Shown here: positions 8,314 to 15,333 of the stretch, in pieces | Layout: every line of letters begins with the position of its first letter | How positions within the stretch are numbered: the first letter of the stretch is position 1 | Source of the DNA: Candidatus Micrarchaeota archaeon | GTDB taxonomy: Archaea; Micrarchaeota; Micrarchaeia; Anstonellales; Bilamarchaeaceae | Reading direction: 5' to 3' | DNA length: 30,294 bases | Assembly: GCA_041694885.1 (NCBI GenBank) | Contig: JBGFRX010000039.1 | Location: 1-30,294, forward strand | Made by a program: the position numbers and the translations under genes | Notes under the pieces: model-generated | The model's input: only the letters and a program-made list of their open reading frames with translations | The model's database searches: none | Told to the model about the DNA's origin: nothing

Positions 8314-8829
8314 TTATCTATTGAGAACAATATCCGCCCTTGACCTTCTTTCTTTGAGAGGTGGTTCCTCTGCGGCATGGCCAATTGGAAGGATCGCAAT
8401 AGGAATCTCGTCCTTTGCAAGATTTAGAATTCCAGAAACTTTCTCGCTTTCAAACGAACCGACCCAAACCGATCCGAGTCCAAGATTTGCCGCCTCCAAT
8501 TGGGCATATGCAGCAGCTATGGTCGCATCTTGAATAGCATATAATTCGACCCCCCGCTGCCCGTATTTTTGTGCTGCATGAGATGGATCGGCAATAAATA
8601 CCAACAATATTTGCGACTTAAGAACCCAACGTTGATTATGGCAAACTGAATACAGCTGCTGTTTCAGCATCTTGTCCCCGACAATAGCTATTTTGTACGA
8701 TTGAAGGTTTCCTGCGCTTGGCGCCCTCAGCGCAGCCGAAATCACTTTATCTATTTTTTCCTTTTCTGGCACAGAATCCAAATAACTGCGAACCGAGCGC
8801 CGTTTATTTATGAGAAGCTCAAATTCCAT
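8314..8829 (-). CDS. Nitroreductase-family flavoprotein
   Basis: RRSVRSY, APSAGNLQS, DATIAA, LGLGSVWVG, ILPIGH. Own TATA-like TTTAAAA about 25 nt upstream. Confidence 0.92.
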   Translation of the reverse strand: MEFELLINKRRSVRSYLDSVPEKEKIDKVISAALRAPSAGNLQSYKIAIVGDKMLKQQLYSVCHNQRWVLKSQILLVFIADPSHAAQKYGQRGVELYAIQDATIAAAYAQLEAANLGLGSVWVGSFESEKVSGILNLAKDEIPIAILPIGHAAEEPPLKERRSRADIVLNR

Positions 8830-8925
8830 GATTCCATATGGTATTTAACCTTTTAAATGAGTTGCGGGCGGGATACGCTGTTGCATAATCCGAACTTCGA
8901 ACTGTTAGAAATGCGATAATTTCGT

Positions 8926-9486
8926 TCAAAGAATGTGCCCCATCTTCTCCTTCTTCGTCCTCAAATAGCATTCGTTGTAGCTGTTCGGTTTTATCACAAG
9001 AGGAACGCGCTCTGCTATTTCCACCCCATTCATTTTCACACCATCCATTTTTTTCGGATTGTTCGTAATGAGCCGTATTTTCCCTATTCCAAGTCCTTTC
9101 AGTATTTTGGAGGCCGCATCATACGTTCTGCCATCGCTTTCAAAGCCGAGCTGGTGGTTCGCTTCAACAGTGTCCAGTCCCTTGTCCTGCAGTTCGTATG
9201 CCTTTATCTTGTTCACCAATCCGATTCCACGACCCTCCTGATCCAAATAAATTATTATTCCGGCCCCTTCTTTTCCCATCATTTCAATCGATTTCTCGAG
9301 CTGCTCCCCGCAGTCGCATCTTAGGGAATGGAAAACGTCTCCGGTCGTGCAGCGGGAATGGATGCGGACAAGAGCAGGGTCCTTCGGTTCCCCAAGAATC
9401 AGCGCAACATTTTCGACTCCATAACCATCGCACGCATGAATCCTCAACTTACCGTAAAATTTCGTAGGAAAAAACGCACTGCTCAT
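8926..9486 (-). CDS. ribA: GTP cyclohydrolase II (bacterial type)
   Basis: VRIHSRCTTGDVFHSLRCDCGEQL (three Zn Cys), QEGRGIGL, KIKAYELQD, LITNNPKK, YLRTKKEKMGH. ATGA overlap with the upstream gene. Confidence 0.97.
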   Translation of the reverse strand: MSSAFFPTKFYGKLRIHACDGYGVENVALILGEPKDPALVRIHSRCTTGDVFHSLRCDCGEQLEKSIEMMGKEGAGIIIYLDQEGRGIGLVNKIKAYELQDKGLDTVEANHQLGFESDGRTYDAASKILKGLGIGKIRLITNNPKKMDGVKMNGVEIAERVPLVIKPNSYNECYLRTKKEKMGHIL

Positions 9487-10391
9487 TTTCTCAGCTCATT
9501 GACCATTTTTACTGCTGCGGAAACCGCCCTTCGCGCATAGTCATCCTTCCTTTCTTTCGCTTGCTTCAAATCCGCGAGCGTGATGATTCCCAGTGTAACC
9601 GGCTTTTTGCTTTCGAGCGAAATTTTCATCATTTCGCGTACCGCGTTCTCCGAAACGAGATTGTCGTGCTTCGTTTCGCCCTTTTTCACGTAGCCCAAGG
9701 CAGCGATTGCATCTATTTTCCTGTCCCAGCTCATCTTCTTCACCGCAAGCGGTATTTCGAAGGCGCCTGGAACGCGCATTATCCCGCGTACCTCCGCGCC
9801 CTTTTTCTTCGCCTCCTCAAGCGCAAATTCCAGCATCTCGTCAGCAAATTTTTTGTTGAACTCGGAAACAACCATTCCCAATCCGATCGGCCGTTCGTCT
9901 TCGATTCGTATTTCTCCTTCGTTTTCTTTCCCCTGCCTTATCCCCTTCCCGGCATTTTTCACCAGTTCATCGGGCTTCGTTACCAGCAAAACAACATTGT
10001 GCGCATGCTTCCGCGTACGGTTTTCGCATATCGAACGGAACTCCTTTTCGCTCCACGCTTCGTTTTCGTGCACGAACACCTCCATTATGTGCTTGCCGGA
10101 AACGAGCTTCGCCTGCATTATCCCGAGCGAGGCCTCGTGCGCGCACTGCGTGTCTATGGGCGCTCCGCCCACCATTCCCAAAGCCATGCATCCATCGCAG
10201 TTTTCCTTTTGGAGATGGCCAAGGCATTCTGGCGCAAGGTCCTTTATCCCCGGGACGGTCGTTCGCAAAATCTCAATATTAGGGTAATTCTTCCTTATCT
10301 CGTCGACCGCAATTTCACCCATATTCACGCGGGCAAACATGGTGTCGACTATCCCGATTTTTATTCCATCATTTCCCTTTCTTTTCGCCAT
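9483..10391 (-). CDS. ribC-ribH: Fusion of archaeal riboflavin synthase (N-terminal) and 6,7-dimethyl-8-ribityllumazine synthase (C-terminal)
   Basis: N half: GIVDTMFARVNM, TVPGIKDL, CAHEASLG, EVFVHENEA, AGKGIRQG. C half: VVSEFN, VPGAFEIPL, GETKHD, KPVTLGI, QAKER. Continuous frame with no stop or Met at the junction (~9890-9905). Start ATG 10391. Confidence 0.92.
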   Translation of the reverse strand: MAKRKGNDGIKIGIVDTMFARVNMGEIAVDEIRKNYPNIEILRTTVPGIKDLAPECLGHLQKENCDGCMALGMVGGAPIDTQCAHEASLGIMQAKLVSGKHIMEVFVHENEAWSEKEFRSICENRTRKHAHNVVLLVTKPDELVKNAGKGIRQGKENEGEIRIEDERPIGLGMVVSEFNKKFADEMLEFALEEAKKKGAEVRGIMRVPGAFEIPLAVKKMSWDRKIDAIAALGYVKKGETKHDNLVSENAVREMMKISLESKKPVTLGIITLADLKQAKERKDDYARRAVSAAVKMVNELRK

Positions 10392-11025
10392 AAATCTCAG
10401 CCCCTTCAACAAACGGGATCTTATTTTTTTTCGCGCGTTTTCCCGCTTCTTTTCCGTTCAGCGCCTTTCCCTCCCCAAGCATTTCGCACATTACGATGCA
10501 CTCGCTTAGCCCGGCTCTTTCGGCAAGTTCCAGGCCAAGCTCGGTGTGCCCTTTTCTTTTTCCCAGCCCCCTTCCAATCAAAAGAAAAACATGGCCTGGA
10601 ACGTAAAAGTTTTCTTCGAAAATCTCCCTTGCATTTGCTGTGTTTATTGCTTTTTCCATTTCCCTTATCGTGAGCGCCCGGTCGTTGTCCGTAATTCCCG
10701 TATAGACGCCCTTATGGTTGAAGGGAAGGGAGAATGCCGGCTCGTCTCCATACGCGGTTTTTTTGCACGACAAATTGCCAAGACCTGCCTTAGCAATCAT
10801 TTCCGTATAGAATGGTAAGCCCAATTTGTCCGCGCTTTTTTTCCCTATTGCAAAGCAAATCAGCCCCCCTGCCTCCTTTCTTAGTTTTTCAATTGCCTTT
10901 GGAGTGACGAATTTCGGATGGATCATCAGGTCTGCTTCTCCTTCGCGCGAATCGCCGTCGTAAACGGCTATGAATCCGCCTTTCTTCAACTGCTCCATCG
11001 CCCCTTCCATTTCTCCCATGCACAT
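10369..11025 (-). CDS. ribB: 3,4-dihydroxy-2-butanone 4-phosphate synthase (archaeal type)
   Basis: YDGDSREGEADL, GGLIC, YGDEPAFSL, TGITDNDRALT, PGHV, GHTE, CEM. Exact start uncertain (11025, 11019 or 11010). Confidence 0.95.
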   Translation of the reverse strand: MCMGEMEGAMEQLKKGGFIAVYDGDSREGEADLMIHPKFVTPKAIEKLRKEAGGLICFAIGKKSADKLGLPFYTEMIAKAGLGNLSCKKTAYGDEPAFSLPFNHKGVYTGITDNDRALTIREMEKAINTANAREIFEENFYVPGHVFLLIGRGLGKRKGHTELGLELAERAGLSECIVMCEMLGEGKALNGKEAGKRAKKNKIPFVEGAEIYGEKKGK

Positions 11026-11051
11026 CTAAGTGTGCTTTACATATTTATAAG
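11020..11051 (-). promoter_or_regulatory. Putative rib-operon TATA box with adjacent palindrome GCACA-N6-TGTGC
   Basis: Minus-strand TTATAAATA around 11042-11050; inverted repeat at 11020-11024 and 11031-11035 over the likely start region. Confidence 0.4.
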
Positions 11052-11145
11052 TAATTACCAAAAAAGCAGTAGTCGAGTTGCCCCACAACAAAACACACCG
11101 TTTTTAAACACTTTCAAGAACATTTTATTCACTTAGGATGATAAA

Positions 11146-13734
11146 ATGGTTCTTAAAGATAAATTGCCCTGCCCGTCAAAAGCGATGAGAATATTTTCCG
11201 CAAAAATGCTCGAAGCCGGCTTTTACGAGAAAGATATTCGCAACATAAAATTGCCCAGCCATAGCGAATATTCAGGCAAGGACGATGGCACGATGGAGAA
11301 CGTTCCATTCAGGGTGCGGCTCTGGAGACGGATGAAAAGTTTTTTTGCAAAGGATGAACTCGCAGGCCTCAAATTTCCAGCCAACTGGCACGTGTTCAAC
11401 CGCAATCATAAAGGAGAAAAATCGAATTTTTTCGTGATAGCGAGGCACACTGTATTCGGCGGCATTGAAGTGATGTTTTCAAACCCATTGGGGCCAGAGG
11501 ATATTGGCAAAATCGACTTCAAAGAGTTTGGCTATGGCGATGTCGGCAGGACCGGCACCCAGCTGACGCGCAGAGAAATAATGCTGAATCTCTCCTGCAA
11601 GCTACGCGGACGACTGAACATTGAGCAATGGTGTAGCAATGCAGCAGAGTTCATCAGCCATATCTCTGCATACAAGCCCTACGAATGTCTTTTTGCTGAT
11701 CCGCACAAGCATGGAGGAAAAACGCGCGGAAGATCCATGATGGACGAGCGGCTCGATGATGGAAGGTCTTCGGAAGCGCGAATAGTTGCAAACGAGATTT
11801 TTCGCCATTCGGACTTTATGCCACTCACTTCGCATAACAGCATTTATGAGCCCTATTTCAACGATATGAATGCTTTGGCAGCTGCAGTTGGAATCGTGGC
11901 AGTGCCGGGAATGGAAGTCACCATGCCGGTGCGTCTTTACGATGATTACACGGTCGAAACGTTTGTAGGGCGCGTCAATAAGCACAGAGATAAGCTGAAC
12001 GCGCTGGCAGATGGAATACGCAAAAGGCGCGGCGAAATCAGAATGGAAACGGAATCATTGGAAGCACAAAGAGCTGCATTTGCAATGAATGTCGATCGTC
12101 TTGAAAGCGAAATTCACTGTATTGAACGGGAACTGAGCCGGCTAAAAGGCAGCGACAGGAAGAACAGCGAAACAATGTCCAAAGGAAAAGCAACGACTTA
12201 TATGGAAATAACCGCAGAGCTCGGCTCGCTGGAAAAGAAGCGCATTGAACACGCTGCAAGAGTTGATATGCTTGAAAAGGAAATATATGAAGATGAACGC
12301 GCAATAATCAAACTAAAGGCGCAACTCGATCAAAAAGGGCTTCCCAGCATAGAGATAAGGAATTTCAAATACCAGATGAAGCAGATGAAAGCCGAAGTTG
12401 AAAGGAAAACCGAATTACGGGATGCGGCAAAGAGGGGCATAACAGCGCTGAAGTCAAGGATTTTTGCGTTCGAGGAGAACTTAGGTGAAAACACACCTGT
12501 TTCCAATGAAAATGTAAAAGAGCAAATAAGGAAGAAAAAGGAGGAAACCGCGGCAAAAAGCAGACAAAGAAAGGAAATCAAGAAGCAGATAAAAACCGTG
12601 AAAATAAGGATATTCGAACTCGAGGGCGAGCTTGCTGAAACCGGGGCCAGCGACCCGGAGCAACTTCCGGAACAACTGGTGCTGCCCCCTAAATTCGACG
12701 GCACATATTCGGCGAGTGCAGTTACGCGGCTGATAGAAAAAAACGAAGTGGTTGTAAGGGCTTTCAACGCACTTCCCGGGCACGCCGCATTTCCCATCCC
12801 TTTCCCTGTTCCTGAGCCGAACGGACCACACATAACGATGTATGCCGGCTCTATGGATGCAATGAGGGAAGTCGTGAAAAAATATCTTTCAAACAAGACG
12901 CTCGATTATCCACCGTTCGCGCACAAAATCGAGATGAGGGATTTTCTCAACGTAGTTGGTGGAGAGCGTTACTGGGGTGCGTTCGGATTCGGAAACGCAC
13001 ATCCATTTTGCGGATCAAGTTTGCCAAAGATTGGTTCGTACGACCGCGTAGCAGGACTGGATATTACGCACCGGGAAATGGAAAAACTGACTATGAACCA
13101 CATTCAGGTGTGCGCTGCATGGAACAGTACTATTTCAGATGATGAAGAGGCGCCGCTTCTTCAGGGAATATTCGAGACGGAAAAAGCAGAGCTCGAGGCG
13201 AAATACGGAAAGTTGAAATGGACATTGAATGCTGGGAATTTAGCAGTAGCCAACTTCTACAGGAAACGTGGGATAAGCATGATGGCAGAGGGCGACACTC
13301 ATTACTTCGATGCGATTGATTTTGGGATGAAGTACTGCCCAAATACTTTGTGCCACAGAACGGTGTTGAGGGCGAAGGGAAGGGGCATAGAAAGAAGCCC
13401 TGCCGGCTTCGTTTCCGCGCTCCACGATGCAAAGGAAAACGGAGTCGCGGAAATAGACGCGCAGATTTATATCGAGAAAAACGAGAAGAAAGGAATACTT
13501 CAGATTGCTGAAGAACGGGCAAAACAGGGAATAGGGCAGATTGCGGGTAAAATATGGAGCGAAATAAAGGTGTATGGGATATCCGGAGTTCCTTATTTGA
13601 TAAAGGATAGTTTCAACCTTCTTTTTCACGAAGGATTCCGGCCGCGCACTTTGAAAGATTGGATACATTATTCTTATGCGGCATTGAAAGGAGGCGACAG
13701 GAACAAACAAAATTCGGCAAAAATCCAAAAATAA
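11146..13734 (+). CDS. PHP-family metal-dependent phosphoesterase-like protein with a large internal coiled-coil insertion (862 aa)
   Basis: PHP motifs in order: DPHKH (185-189), DDG (204-206), LTSHN (227-231), PGMEVT (254-259), H562 in GPHI, AHP (618-620), GDTH (716-719). Heptad-rich helices at about aa 275-500. Confidence 0.8.
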   Translation: MVLKDKLPCPSKAMRIFSAKMLEAGFYEKDIRNIKLPSHSEYSGKDDGTMENVPFRVRLWRRMKSFFAKDELAGLKFPANWHVFNRNHKGEKSNFFVIARHTVFGGIEVMFSNPLGPEDIGKIDFKEFGYGDVGRTGTQLTRREIMLNLSCKLRGRLNIEQWCSNAAEFISHISAYKPYECLFADPHKHGGKTRGRSMMDERLDDGRSSEARIVANEIFRHSDFMPLTSHNSIYEPYFNDMNALAAAVGIVAVPGMEVTMPVRLYDDYTVETFVGRVNKHRDKLNALADGIRKRRGEIRMETESLEAQRAAFAMNVDRLESEIHCIERELSRLKGSDRKNSETMSKGKATTYMEITAELGSLEKKRIEHAARVDMLEKEIYEDERAIIKLKAQLDQKGLPSIEIRNFKYQMKQMKAEVERKTELRDAAKRGITALKSRIFAFEENLGENTPVSNENVKEQIRKKKEETAAKSRQRKEIKKQIKTVKIRIFELEGELAETGASDPEQLPEQLVLPPKFDGTYSASAVTRLIEKNEVVVRAFNALPGHAAFPIPFPVPEPNGPHITMYAGSMDAMREVVKKYLSNKTLDYPPFAHKIEMRDFLNVVGGERYWGAFGFGNAHPFCGSSLPKIGSYDRVAGLDITHREMEKLTMNHIQVCAAWNSTISDDEEAPLLQGIFETEKAELEAKYGKLKWTLNAGNLAVANFYRKRGISMMAEGDTHYFDAIDFGMKYCPNTLCHRTVLRAKGRGIERSPAGFVSALHDAKENGVAEIDAQIYIEKNEKKGILQIAEERAKQGIGQIAGKIWSEIKVYGISGVPYLIKDSFNLLFHEGFRPRTLKDWIHYSYAALKGGDRNKQNSAKIQK

Positions 13735-13902
13735 GCATATTTATAAACTTAGTTTGCGCAGGAAACATATTTGATTTCGATTAGAATGCAGAATTTGTGT
13801 TTTGCTCGACCCAGATAAATGATTGTGGAGCCGACTTAGGATAAACCCATTTTCTTGTTAAGCCGGCGATTTGAAAACCGTAGAACGGAAAAAGGTGTTA
13901 CT

Positions 13903-15291
13903 ATAGGAGAGTTCAAGAAGTTGGGTCTTTCCCAGAAGACCTTGGAAGGGATAGCAGTGATGGGTTTCACGAACCCAACCGAAATCCAGGAAAAAGTGAT
14001 CCCACGCATAATCGCGGGAAAGGAAGTTGTTGCGCGAAGCAAGACCGGGAGTGGAAAAACCACCGCGTTCGGAGTAGGCGCATGCGAGCTCCTTGCAGCT
14101 GGAAAGGCGAGGAAGGCACTCATAATCGCGCCGGTGCGCGAGCTTGCGCTCCAGATAATGAACGAATTGCGCTCGCTCGGGAAATTCCACCGCTACCGCA
14201 TAATATGCGTTTACGGCGGGCAGCACATAGACACCCAGATAAAGCTTCTCTATGGCGGAGTGGACGTGCTCGTTGCCACGCCCGGACGCCTTATCGACCT
14301 TTTCGAACGGGGAGTTATCGATCTGAACGAGTACGACTTCGTAGTTCTGGACGAGGCGGACAAGATGTTCGAGATGGGCTTCGTGGAGGATGTGGACAAA
14401 ATACTTTCCAACACATCCTATGCGAGGAAAGTGCAGCTGTTCTCCGCAACGCTAACTGATGAAGTTTTGCGCATCGCCTCGAAGTACATGAAGGACTGCG
14501 AGACAATAGAGGTGGGCGAGCTGGAGAAGCCGCCTGAAATAGACGAAGAGCGCATAAACATCGAAAGACCGCAGAAATTCGGCAAATTGGTTGAAATAAT
14601 AAAGAAGCAGAAGCATGCGAACCCTGCTGGGAAAATTCTCATTTTCGTAGCGACCCAGCGCGCAACGGAATACGTAGGAAAACGCCTTTATTCAGAAGGC
14701 ATAGACGCATCCTACATCCATGGGGACGTACGGCAGCACAGGAGGGAGAAGATAATGCACGGATTCAAGGAAGGTGCTTCGGACATTTTGGTAGCAACTG
14801 ATGTTGCTGCAAGAGGCCTCCACGTTGAAGGCGTGGCGCTCGTGATAAATTACGACGAGGCGATGGATAGCTTCACACATCTTCACAGGATAGGAAGGAC
14901 AGGAAGGATGGGCGAAAAGGGAAAGGCGATAACTTTCGTTGAATCCAATCCGTTTTTCGGCAGACCCGTGCGCTCTGGTTTCGTGCCAAAAGTCGGGCCT
15001 TACAATCCCTATGCCAGTTCGGAAAAAAGGCCGCCGCATCACCTGCGCTTCGGTGGAGGTCCGCGCAGACCACGAAGAGGCAATTATCATGGGGGGAGAA
15101 GACGGGAATATGAGGGCAACTACGGAAGGCCGCATGAAAGGCCGCGTGAAGAAGGAGAACGTGCCTTGCACAGGAACTACGGAAGAAGGCCAAGGGAAAG
15201 GGGGGGCAGCCAGCACGGTTCGTACGGACCGTACGCGCAGCGCCGCTCGCATGGCAACACGCCGCGAAGACCGCGCTTCATGCGAAGATGA
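13903..15291 (+). CDS. DEAD-box RNA helicase with an Arg/Gly-rich disordered C-terminal tail
   Basis: Q motif FKKLGL..GFTNPTEIQ, TGSGKT, PVRELA, TPGR, DEAD, SAT, TDVAARGL, HRIGRTGR. Start probably the non-canonical ATA at 13903 (see findings); ORF track gives TTG 13855. Confidence 0.93.
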   Translation: MGEFKKLGLSQKTLEGIAVMGFTNPTEIQEKVIPRIIAGKEVVARSKTGSGKTTAFGVGACELLAAGKARKALIIAPVRELALQIMNELRSLGKFHRYRIICVYGGQHIDTQIKLLYGGVDVLVATPGRLIDLFERGVIDLNEYDFVVLDEADKMFEMGFVEDVDKILSNTSYARKVQLFSATLTDEVLRIASKYMKDCETIEVGELEKPPEIDEERINIERPQKFGKLVEIIKKQKHANPAGKILIFVATQRATEYVGKRLYSEGIDASYIHGDVRQHRREKIMHGFKEGASDILVATDVAARGLHVEGVALVINYDEAMDSFTHLHRIGRTGRMGEKGKAITFVESNPFFGRPVRSGFVPKVGPYNPYASSEKRPPHHLRFGGGPRRPRRGNYHGGRRREYEGNYGRPHERPREEGERALHRNYGRRPRERGGSQHGSYGPYAQRRSHGNTPRRPRFMRR

Positions 15292-15333
15292 ATTTTTAAA
15301 CTTAAATCCAGATAGCCAGCATTGGGTAGGCGT

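Noticed and set aside
9561..10673. 370-aa plus-strand ORF (and similar long antisense ORFs such as 1561..2280, 14692..15348, 18505..19191)
   Set aside because: They lie antisense to genes with clear family motifs, have no motifs or SD of their own, and are best explained as shadow ORFs.
11146..13734. Calling the 862-aa protein an SMC/Rad50 ATPase because of its coiled coil and a GKT tripeptide
   Set aside because: GKT occurs in DPHKHGGKT, which is not GxxxxGKT and overlaps the PHP HxH motif. No signature motif, Walker B or zinc hook was seen.
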